Source: Candidatus Brevefilum sp.
Lineage (GTDB): Bacteria > Chloroflexota > Anaerolineae > Anaerolineales > Anaerolineaceae
NCBI GenBank assembly: GCA_029210815.1
Contig: JARGGB010000002.1
Span: 8,450 to 72,449 of the forward strand
DNA length: 64,000 bases
Direction of reading: 5' to 3'
The notes below the pieces were generated by a model. That model saw only the letters and a program-made list of their open reading frames with translations, made no database searches and was not told the DNA's origin. Shown in pieces: positions 56,367 through 64,000 of this stretch. The translations under genes and the position numbers were made by a program. Numbering within the stretch: position 1 is the stretch's first letter; the number at the start of each line of letters is the position of its first letter.

Positions 56367-56565
56367 GTAGGGCGGGATGCGGTTTCCTGCCCTGAGGAGG
56401 AACGACGTGAGGGTCATCCCGCCGATTTTGTGCATCCCATTTTAAATAGATTCGGTTAGACAGGGTTGATATTTGAGACATGCCTGTCTGTTGGTTCAGG
56501 TCGGGAGACCTGAACCATCTTCGCGATGACAAAAAGCGGGATGAAAAACTCATCCCGCCGATTTT
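56367..56565. repeat. GTAG-type REP composite element
   Basis: GTAG-GGCGGGATG...CATCCCGCC, conserved spacer, palindrome GGTTCAGGTC-GGGA-GACCTGAACC, then GCGGGATG-AAAAACT-CATCCCGC. Confidence 0.8.
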
Positions 56566-56590
56566 ATTGTTTTCTTTGGAGAACCGCTGA

Positions 56591-57808
56591 TTAATTCAAG
56601 AAATTCCAGGGATTAACCCGGCCGAATTCATCGCTGCGCATTTCGAGGTGCAGGTGGGGGCCGGTTGATTTCCCGGTGCTGCCCATCAGTCCAATTGTGT
56701 CCCCCTTCATCACTTCCTGTCCGCAGCTGACATTGATCTGGCTCAAGTGCGCATACAGGGTCTGCCAGCCTGAGCCGTGGTCGATCACGATCATCTCGCC
56801 GTAGCCGTAATCATTCCAGCCTGCGTATACCACCACACCGTGATCGGCAGCGAAAATGGGATTGCCTTGCTGCCCGGCAATGTCAACAGCAAAATGGTTT
56901 GTCTCAGGGCTGTAATCAAATCCCGAAAGATAGCGCTCTGTGCTTGGCCACATGAAGACGAGACTGCCGGTGATGCCGTCATAACTGGTAGTGCAGGCAC
57001 CCGGACCAAGATGCTGGGCTGTGGCAGGTTCTTCACGGCTGATGCGCGGCGTACGCCAATCGGTGTATGTTCCCTGTCCGCCGGGGATCACGAGCATGGT
57101 GTCCGGTGGAATTTTGGGGTTGGCGTAATCACCAATCTCGTCCGGGTTCAAATTATTCCCCGGCCAATTGACGATGTCTTCAGGTGAAACACCATAAAAA
57201 GACGCGACACCGTTCAAGCCTTCACCAGCGCTCCACATATGATAAACGCCGTCCACGGGCAAAATATTCAAGGTTTGCCCGGGGAGAATGAAGTGGGGGT
57301 CGTCGCCAAGTGTATAGCGGTTTCCCCAGAGAATGGTTTCAGGATTGAGATTAAATTTATCGGCAATGGAGAAAATCGAATCCCCTGATTCAACGGTGTA
57401 TTCAACGACCTCATAACGTGCATTCCGAACCGGTAATACCGTATACAGGTCAGCTTTGCGTGAAACCCCGACTGCATCACTGCCGCCAACTTTAAATAGG
57501 GGAACTTGAGGGGGCGTTGTTGGATTCGGCAGGTTTGCAGCATTGACAGCGCTGAAGGATTCATTTTCAAGCTGTGAAATATCCAGGTAAAACGCGTCCA
57601 TCACCCAAACAACCAGGAGGATCAACAAGACGGTTGTAACCAAAGTCGCAAAGCGTAATGTAGAATCACCCAGGCCAATACGCCGTAAAGCCTCCCATGT
57701 GCGTTTGATCATAGGCTCGGTCGTTTGTTCTGGTTCAATTGTTTGGGAAACGGTTTCTTCAGGGCTTATTTGTTCCTGACGAAACCAGGGATTATTCTTT
57801 TCCTGCAT
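56591..57808 (-). CDS. M23 peptidase with LysM domains, membrane-anchored
   Basis: TM; YTVESGDSIFSIA; HFAVD, YAHLS, STGPHLH. Confidence 0.93.
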   Translation of the reverse strand: MQEKNNPWFRQEQISPEETVSQTIEPEQTTEPMIKRTWEALRRIGLGDSTLRFATLVTTVLLILLVVWVMDAFYLDISQLENESFSAVNAANLPNPTTPPQVPLFKVGGSDAVGVSRKADLYTVLPVRNARYEVVEYTVESGDSIFSIADKFNLNPETILWGNRYTLGDDPHFILPGQTLNILPVDGVYHMWSAGEGLNGVASFYGVSPEDIVNWPGNNLNPDEIGDYANPKIPPDTMLVIPGGQGTYTDWRTPRISREEPATAQHLGPGACTTSYDGITGSLVFMWPSTERYLSGFDYSPETNHFAVDIAGQQGNPIFAADHGVVVYAGWNDYGYGEMIVIDHGSGWQTLYAHLSQINVSCGQEVMKGDTIGLMGSTGKSTGPHLHLEMRSDEFGRVNPWNFLN

Positions 57809-58017
57809 AAATTCACTCCGCTAATGAGTCTAACACCTTTGATATTGAAAAGCGAGTCTTTTTCTTCTTCCAAAGCTCAAAATGCTATAATGTTGAAATA
57901 ATTACGATGTCAATAAATGAAATTTGCCCTTAGCGGGTGATCATGGGATTAATTTGCCGGATGTGCTCATGGCGTTAAGCACATCCGGCAGGAGCGAAAT
58001 TTATGTAATTGTGATTA

Positions 58018-58686
58018 TTAATCGTCTTTTTGGTTCTGATTTTCTGAATCAAATTGCGTTAATTGTTCTGAAAGGCTGGTGATGCGTTTTTCAAGTTCTT
58101 GCTGTCGATAGCTGATGGTCACATCTGCCTGGGTGCGTTCGATAATGCTGCGAGCAATATCTGTCCGCCGCCGCAAACCGTATGTCAGGGCATCCGGGAA
58201 GTCCATGGTGACCAATTGTGCATAGATATCATCCATCACATCCAGCAGGCGTTCCACTTCCTGTGAATGACCTTCCCGCATGATGTCCATAATGCGGCGG
58301 CGAAGTTCGCCAACCACCTCTGACATGCCGTTGAGGTAGGTAGCAAATTCCACCTTCAGGTCCTCTGGTGAAGGCCAATCCTTGTTCAGGATCGTTGCAA
58401 CCGTGAGGTGCGCTTCGCAGTATTCTTTCAGTGCATCCTGCGCGTAACCGGAAAAATAGAGATCCGGATCTTCAGATAAGCCTTCGCGTAAAGCCGTTGC
58501 AAGGGCATCCGCCTGCTTGAGGTTTTCATATGCCAGGTCTGCATCGTCCCGATGGATAGCGCGTATGGCGCGGGCGGCATGCCGGATCAGGTTTCGACTC
58601 TGTGCTAATGCCTCATCCCTGATTTGGTTTTGTCTTTCAAAGGATTCCCTGATGCGGTCCGAAAGGGCTTCAAGGTCGATTGGCAT
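58018..58686 (-). CDS. Translin/TRAX family protein
   Basis: RD.AL..SR..IR, KEYCEA, YLNGMSEVVGELRR; all-helical. Confidence 0.85.
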   Translation of the reverse strand: MPIDLEALSDRIRESFERQNQIRDEALAQSRNLIRHAARAIRAIHRDDADLAYENLKQADALATALREGLSEDPDLYFSGYAQDALKEYCEAHLTVATILNKDWPSPEDLKVEFATYLNGMSEVVGELRRRIMDIMREGHSQEVERLLDVMDDIYAQLVTMDFPDALTYGLRRRTDIARSIIERTQADVTISYRQQELEKRITSLSEQLTQFDSENQNQKDD

Positions 58687-58994
58687 CACTCCTCCTCAGG
58701 TGTGGTGTTTGGTCGGAACAGGTCATCTGCAAGGGATTGTTTCATTGGCAAGCTGATTTCTCCGAATTTGCTTTCGTAGCGTTTGATATTTTCAGACATA
58801 GCATGCAAAAAGAGCTTCATCGCTGTGGGGGACATCACAAGGCGGGATTCAACCTCAGGTTTTACAACCCCCGGCAAAAGCAGGGAAAAATCCATCACGA
58901 ATTCCGAGGCAGTATGAGAGATCCTGACGAAATTGACATACTGCGATACCAGGTCTTCCGGCAGGTTCAGGTCAGGTATGGGTGGTTTTTGCAT
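58686..58994 (-). CDS. DUF3467-like protein
   Basis: YVNFVRISHT.SEFVMDF..RLVMSP..MKLF..AM.ENI.RYE.KFGEI. Confidence 0.82.
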   Translation of the reverse strand: MQKPPIPDLNLPEDLVSQYVNFVRISHTASEFVMDFSLLLPGVVKPEVESRLVMSPTAMKLFLHAMSENIKRYESKFGEISLPMKQSLADDLFRPNTTPEEE

Positions 58995-59006
58995 AAACGC
59001 TCCAGT

Positions 59007-59429
59007 CTAGAAGGGTATTTCGTCGTCCTCGGGGCCTCCGGCGTCGTCACCCATGTCTTCCTGGTACCCGCCCGATTCGCCGCGTCCGCCGGGCAAGAAC
59101 CGAACATTTTGTGCGTTGATCTCAAATGAAGCACCAGGTGTACCGTCGTTGCGCGTATAAATGCGTGGGTTACCCGATTGTGGATCAGGGCGCAGACGAC
59201 CCACGACCAGCACAGGGCTGCCCTTCTTAAGATACTGGTTGCAGGATTCTGCCTGAGCGCCCCAGACCGAAATGCGGAACCAGGTGGTTTCGTCCACTTT
59301 TTGTCCGGCATTGGTGGTGTAGGAGCGAGAGGTCGCAACCGAAAAACTGGTGACAGCCTGGCCGCTGGGGGTGAACCGCATTTCAGGATCTCGACCCAGG
59401 TAACCGACAATTGTAATTTGTTGATACAT
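59007..59429 (-). CDS. ssb: Single-stranded DNA-binding protein
   Basis: VGYLGRDPE.RFT.SG, TTWFR..WG, KG..V.V.GRL, C-terminal DDEIPF. Confidence 0.96.
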   Translation of the reverse strand: MYQQITIVGYLGRDPEMRFTPSGQAVTSFSVATSRSYTTNAGQKVDETTWFRISVWGAQAESCNQYLKKGSPVLVVGRLRPDPQSGNPRIYTRNDGTPGASFEINAQNVRFLPGGRGESGGYQEDMGDDAGGPEDDEIPF

Positions 59430-59493
59430 TTTTACTCCCTTTTCTTTGATGGTTTGGACAATTTCTATTGTACATCAATATGACGAAATTTTC

Positions 59494-60423
59494 TTACCAA
59501 TCTCCGGCATACCATCGAAGATATTGCGACAAATGGGCTGACCAGTAAGATTCTGAGTGGCCGCCATTGAACAGGTACCATTCGTGAGGGATAGCGTTTT
59601 GATCCAGTTGATTTGCAAATGTCAGTGCCGTTTGCCAATCCGGATCGTTACGGCCGATATCAAGATAAACCAAGGGCAAATCCTCCTTGGGGATTTTGGT
59701 AAGCCAGGTCTGAACCCGGTTTACATCGGATTTGAACAAGGGCAGACTGTGCCCGCCGACTTTGCTGAAGCGGTCATAATGCTCAAAGCCAAGCCTGACA
59801 GCCCAGGCGGCACCCCGTGAGAGTCCGCCGATCGCCCGGTACGCCTTCTCATCCAGGGTACGGAAATTTGAATCGACATGGGTGAGGAGTTCCTGCATGA
59901 CTGCATCACCAAAAAGGGATGACTCCGGCGGGGCGAAGCGCGCTTCCAGGGGCAGGACGACAATAAAGGGAGAAACCTCGCCAGATTGGATCAATGCGTC
60001 CATCTCACTTTTCAAGCCCAGACGAAGCCACTGCTGATTGTCATACGACAGCCCGTGCAGAAGGTACAGGACCGGGTAATGTTGACCCGGGTTTGAGTCG
60101 TAACAGGGCGGCAGGTAGATTTTATAGGAGAAATCAGCCGTCAGGATCTCGCTGGAAAAAGCCATATCTTCGACGGTACCGCCGTCCAGCAGGCAGTCTG
60201 GCGTGGGTGTAAGTTCCTGTTCATTGGGTTGGGCGGTGTTCACAAGGGGTATGGTAGGCGAAACTGTAATGCTTAGTCCAGGGGCATCTTCCGTTGTTTG
60301 CCTTGGGGTTTGGGTAATCGTCCGGGTGCCGCATCCAATCAGGAACAGGAGACAAACAAGCGCTGCTGCAAGTAAACGGGAAAAGGGCGCCAAAGTTGGT
60401 AGGAAGGCTTGACGTTTGGACAT
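59494..60423 (-). CDS. Esterase family (alpha/beta hydrolase) lipoprotein
   Basis: Lipobox LIGC; YLPP.Y, YPVLYLLHG, GGLSRG, GGH; ATG 60423 (the longer call runs into the tRNA). Confidence 0.87.
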   Translation of the reverse strand: MSKRQAFLPTLAPFSRLLAAALVCLLFLIGCGTRTITQTPRQTTEDAPGLSITVSPTIPLVNTAQPNEQELTPTPDCLLDGGTVEDMAFSSEILTADFSYKIYLPPCYDSNPGQHYPVLYLLHGLSYDNQQWLRLGLKSEMDALIQSGEVSPFIVVLPLEARFAPPESSLFGDAVMQELLTHVDSNFRTLDEKAYRAIGGLSRGAAWAVRLGFEHYDRFSKVGGHSLPLFKSDVNRVQTWLTKIPKEDLPLVYLDIGRNDPDWQTALTFANQLDQNAIPHEWYLFNGGHSESYWSAHLSQYLRWYAGDW

Positions 60424-60447
60424 ACTTCGGATTATACTCTTATCTGC

Positions 60448-60521
60448 CGGGGTGTAGCGCAGTCGGCCAGCGCGCCGCGTTTGGGACGCGGAGGTCGGCG
60501 GTTCAAGTCCGCCCACCCCGA
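60448..60521 (+). tRNA. tRNA-Pro (UGG)
   Basis: CGGGGTG/CACCCCG acceptor stem, anticodon arm CCGCG-TTTGGGA-CGCGG, GGTTCAAGTCC T-arm; the full CCA is not encoded. Confidence 0.96.
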
Positions 60522-60611
60522 CCTTAAAAAATGGGAAGACGAACGGAGGGCTTAACCAACGTTCTCCTTCCCATTTTTTATCTTATTGGGTTATTGAAAA
60601 AGGCTCAAGTC

Positions 60612-61343
60612 TTGGAAAAACCATTTCTTTCGATCGTTATCCCGGCGCATAATGAAGCCCAACGGCTCCCACCGTCTTTGGAGAAGATCGATTCATTTTT
60701 GCAGCAGCAAGCTTATTCTGCTGAGGTGATTGTTGTTGAGAACGGCTCCAGTGACGGCACCCTTGCCATTGCGCAGGATATTGCCCGGGAGATGCCAAAC
60801 CTGCGTGTGTTTCACGAAGAAGCGCGCGGCAAAGGTTTGGCGATCAAACGTGGAATGATGGAAGCCCTGGGGAACTATCGCTTTTTATGCGACGCGGATT
60901 TATCCATGCCGGTTGAACAGATTAATCGCTTTTTACCGCCCTCCCTCGAAGTCGTCGATGTCGCGATTGGGTCCCGTGAGGTCCCGGGGGCAGAGCGATT
61001 TAACGAACCCCCATACCGTCACTTCATTGGTCGCATTTTCAACACCATGGTTCGGTGGTTGGTACTGCCTGGCTTGCAGGATACGCAATGCGGTTTCAAG
61101 TGCTTCAGGGAGGAGGTCGCTCAGGCCGTCTTCCCGCTGCAGACACTGGACGGCATGTCCTTTGATGCTGAGGTGTTGTTCATTGCCCGTAAAAAGAGCT
61201 ATAAGGTTGTGGAAGTCCCCATTGATTGGTATCACGACCCTGACAGCCGGGTGCGCCTGGTGCAGGATTCGCTGCGCATGGGGCTGGATTTATTAAAAAT
61301 ACGCTGGCGTGACTTCAAGGGGGGATATGACTCCCAGGCATAA
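60612..61343 (+). CDS. GT2 glycosyltransferase (polyprenol-phosphate hexosyltransferase-like)
   Basis: SIVIPAHNE, VENGSSDGT, GKG.A, DAD, DTQCGFK, FDAE; TTG 60612 preferred. Confidence 0.9.
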   Translation: MEKPFLSIVIPAHNEAQRLPPSLEKIDSFLQQQAYSAEVIVVENGSSDGTLAIAQDIAREMPNLRVFHEEARGKGLAIKRGMMEALGNYRFLCDADLSMPVEQINRFLPPSLEVVDVAIGSREVPGAERFNEPPYRHFIGRIFNTMVRWLVLPGLQDTQCGFKCFREEVAQAVFPLQTLDGMSFDAEVLFIARKKSYKVVEVPIDWYHDPDSRVRLVQDSLRMGLDLLKIRWRDFKGGYDSQA

Positions 61344-62004
61344 GTTTGACCTTTCGAGTTTGCCTGACCATCCGGATTTATCCTTTGAAAACAAATTATG
61401 GGGTGAGGGGCTGCGCTTTGTCGCTGGTGTGGATGAGGCCGGTCGCGGCGCGCTGGCAGGGCCGGTTGCGGCAGGGGCTGTTGTGCTTCCTTGCGACTTG
61501 CCCGATCTGGCCAATCTGCTTGAGGGAGTGAATGATTCTAAGGTGATGACACCCGCAGAGCGAGAAGCGAAGGCTGAAATTATCCGGGCTGTTGCATTTA
61601 GATGGGGCGTGGGCTTTGCCACTTCGGCTGAAATTGACCGGATTGGTATTCTGCCGGCAACCTGCCTGGCAGTCAGCAGGGCAATATTAGAATTGAAGTT
61701 GGAATTAGAGCATGTTTTGGTGGATTACCTGCGTTTGCCTGATTTGGATGTCCCACAGACCCCGCTTGTCAAAGGCGATGCCCGCTGCCTGTCGATTGCG
61801 GCAGCGTCGATCCTGGCGAAAACGGCGAGGGATGCTGTCCTGGTAGAAATGGATGGCACCTATCCCGGGTATTATTTTGCCAGCAACAAAGGTTATGGCA
61901 CCCAGGCACACAGGCAGGCGATCGCGCAGTTAGGCCCCTGTGACCAGCATCGTAAAACCTTTTCACCGGTGAAGGATTATTATTCCCTGTTCCCGCCGGA
62001 ATAA
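61327..62004 (+). CDS. rnhB: Ribonuclease HII
   Basis: GVDEAGRG.LAGPV, DSK, KGD...SIAAASILAK..RD, KGYGT..H. Confidence 0.96.
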   Translation: MTPRHKFDLSSLPDHPDLSFENKLWGEGLRFVAGVDEAGRGALAGPVAAGAVVLPCDLPDLANLLEGVNDSKVMTPAEREAKAEIIRAVAFRWGVGFATSAEIDRIGILPATCLAVSRAILELKLELEHVLVDYLRLPDLDVPQTPLVKGDARCLSIAAASILAKTARDAVLVEMDGTYPGYYFASNKGYGTQAHRQAIAQLGPCDQHRKTFSPVKDYYSLFPPE

Positions 62005-62009
62005 TCTAT

Positions 62010-62537
62010 GTAGGGTGGGATGCGGTCCTGCACTGAGGAGGGACGACGTGAGTGTCATCCCGCCGATTTTGTGTATTCCATTCCAAATATATTCGGTCAG
62101 ACAGGGTTGATAATGGAGACATGCCTGTGATGGTGCGTGGAAAGGCACCACGCACCCTACGAGGATGTTTGTAGTATTAATGCATTCCATAACAAATGAA
62201 TTCGGTCAGACAAGGTTGATATTGGAGACATGCCTGTGATGGTGCGGTGAAGAACGCACCGCACCCTACGGATATGTTTGTAGGGCGGGATGCGGTCCTG
62301 CACTGAGGAGGGACGACGTGAGTGTCATCCCGCCGATTTTGTACATTCAATTCCAAACAAATTTGGTAAGACAAGGATGATATTGGAGACATGTCTGTGA
62401 TGGTGCGGTGAAGAACGCACCGCACCCTACAAAAATACAAAGATTTTATGCATTCCATTCCAAATATATTCGGTCAGACAAGGTTGATATTGGAGACATG
62501 CCTGTGATGGTGCGTGGAAAGGTACCACGCACCCTAC
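62010..62537. repeat. Tandem REP/BIME-like array
   Basis: Two forward GTAG-GGYGGGATG...CATCCCGCC units (62010, 62280) and four reverse GGTGCG...CGCACC-CTAC units (ending 62160, 62269, 62430, 62537) joined by a conserved spacer. Confidence 0.88.
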
Positions 62538-62546
62538 AACTACGGC

Positions 62547-63386
62547 TTATGTTCCCCAATCGCGCGGGTATAAAAAGTCGTAGCCAATCGTGCGCTGGGA
62601 GAGCTTAGCAATCGGCGGCATGACCCGCTTGAAGTGATTCCTTCGCATCATCCCCATCACCCGCTCAACAAAGGCTTTATCAAATCCCTCTTCCACACAG
62701 GCTTCCGGTCGGTAGCGCTGATCAACCAGCAAATACAGCAGCTTGTCTACCTCCGCGTATGTGAATCCCAGCTCGCCCTCGTCGGTTTGCCCGGCCCATA
62801 AATCCGCAGAGGGTGCTTTCTGGATCACCTTATCCGGCACGCCCAGAGCCTTAGCAAGCTGGCGCACCTGGGTTTTATAAAGATCGCCGATCGGCTGAAG
62901 TGCAGCGGCTGAATCCCCAAAGATGGTGGAATAGCCTAAAAGCATCTCGGTCTTATTGCTGGTTCCCATCACCAGCCCTTTGAAGGGTACCGATTGGTCA
63001 TACAACACGATCATGCGCATGCGCGCCATGATGTTGCCAGCCCGCAGTTTTGTCATGTCTTCATAGTGATCGATCAAGGGGTCAACCATCTCGGTGATCT
63101 CAACCGTCATGGACTGCACGCCCAGGTCGTCGATCATGGTTTGGGCGTCTTCCAATGTGTCTTGTGGAGAGGTTTTGCTCGAAGAGTGCTTCGCATAGGG
63201 CATGCGCACCGCCAGCACGTTTTCAGGACCAAATGCCCTGGCAGACAGGTACAAACTGACGGCGGAGTCGATCCCGCCAGATAAGCCCATTAATGTCTTG
63301 TTGAATCCAACGCGGTTGAGTTCTGTTTTGATGAACCCGGTCAGGATTTTTATAGTCAGGTCTGTGTTGATGCTCAGATCGATCAT
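62547..63386 (-). CDS. nadE: NAD+ synthetase, synthetase subunit
   Basis: GLSGGIDS, NIMAR.RM, GTSNKTE, GYSTIFGD, KTQV, PSADL..GQTDE. Confidence 0.96.
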   Translation of the reverse strand: MIDLSINTDLTIKILTGFIKTELNRVGFNKTLMGLSGGIDSAVSLYLSARAFGPENVLAVRMPYAKHSSSKTSPQDTLEDAQTMIDDLGVQSMTVEITEMVDPLIDHYEDMTKLRAGNIMARMRMIVLYDQSVPFKGLVMGTSNKTEMLLGYSTIFGDSAAALQPIGDLYKTQVRQLAKALGVPDKVIQKAPSADLWAGQTDEGELGFTYAEVDKLLYLLVDQRYRPEACVEEGFDKAFVERVMGMMRRNHFKRVMPPIAKLSQRTIGYDFLYPRDWGT

Positions 63387-64000
63387 TTTACACCCAGTAT
63401 TCTTTCCAGTTCACGCAGGACCACGTTTGTGCGTTCATCCCGAAGCAGCGGGAGTCTGGCGCGTGAACGATGCAGTTGGTTTAAATCAATTTCAGCCACA
63501 GCAAGTGTGCTTTCAAAATCTGGTGCCCGGATCACCAGCTCACCATATGGATCAAAAATCGTGGATCCGCCCCAAAAATTCAAGCCGTCTTCATAGCCCA
63601 CTTTATTGGCATGGACCACAAAATTTGTAAATAAACCCGCATAAGCGCGGTTGGTGTGTTCAACCCAAAGGGAACTGCTCAGTCGGGGACTCTCAGTCAG
63701 CCCGCGCCCCGGTGACGCTGAAGAAAAGAGGAGAAAGTCTGCCCCGTCCAGCCATAAAAGATACGGCAGCGAGGCGTGCCAGAAGTCCTCACAGATCAGC
63801 ATCCCCACCCTGCCGAATTTGGTGTCAAATGCCCTCACCGAATCCCCTTCGGCGAAAAAGCGGCCTTCATCGAACATGCCATAGGTTGGCAGGTAAACCT
63901 TGTTGTGGATGTGGCGGGTCTTTCCTTCAGAAAGGTAAGCCGCAGCGATGTAGAACCGGTGCCGGCGGTCTTCGTGGACAAAACCTACCACCAGGTCGAT
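63383..64000 (-). CDS. Nitrilase-family amidohydrolase (probable glutaminase subunit of NAD synthetase); 5' end runs off the window
   Basis: HNKVYLPTYGMFDE, LICEDFW, SASP; 4-nt overlap with nadE; frame open to 64000. Confidence 0.88.
   Translation of the reverse strand: MDLVVGFVHEDRRHRFYIAAAYLSEGKTRHIHNKVYLPTYGMFDEGRFFAEGDSVRAFDTKFGRVGMLICEDFWHASLPYLLWLDGADFLLFSSASPGRGLTESPRLSSSLWVEHTNRAYAGLFTNFVVHANKVGYEDGLNFWGGSTIFDPYGELVIRAPDFESTLAVAEIDLNQLHRSRARLPLLRDERTNVVLRELERILGVK

Noticed and set aside
60424-60516. N-terminal extension of the esterase ORF
   Set aside because: It is the antisense of tRNA-Pro; the true start is ATG 60423.
62010-62537. CRISPR array, or small ORFs (61963-62190, 62177-62458, 62408-62608)
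   Set aside because: Spacers are conserved rather than unique, units are inverted palindromes, and no cas genes are present; the ORFs only translate the repeats.

Overview
A 64 kb chromosomal core region of about 50 genes. Gene content and style suggest a monoderm anaerobe, most likely Anaerolineae (Chloroflexota); this is an inference. The window appears to contain the replication origin: a gene-free stretch at 27842-28348 holds at least six DnaA boxes, an AT-rich segment and a Bacillus-like DnaA-trio/tandem-box unwinding module. Two perfect parS sites (19867, 19981), dnaN and priA lie nearby, but dnaA is absent. Other genes include an ARE-like ABC-F, MFS and SLC13 transporters, a Ser/Thr kinase, a degenerate GH3, rtcA, a GH13 with its TetR, ccmEFHG with a CxxxY-type CcmE, fetAB-like and amino-acid ABC systems, gdhA, two GH94 phosphorylases, an ssb-DUF3467-translin cluster, rnhB and a split nitrilase/nadE pair. 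RNA genes are SRP RNA and tRNA-Pro(UGG). The best novelty candidates are non-coding: (1) a ~230 nt multibranch RNA-like element at 13.2-13.4 kb with two near-identical 14-nt hairpin loops; (2) a leader-peptide (MIRINC)/terminator attenuator upstream of the ABC-F; (3) an orphan extended -10 promoter driving a hairpin with a C-rich loop at 45.8 kb; (4) modular GTAG-type REP composites. No CRISPR array, integrase or transposase was seen. All calls were made by eye, without database searches.
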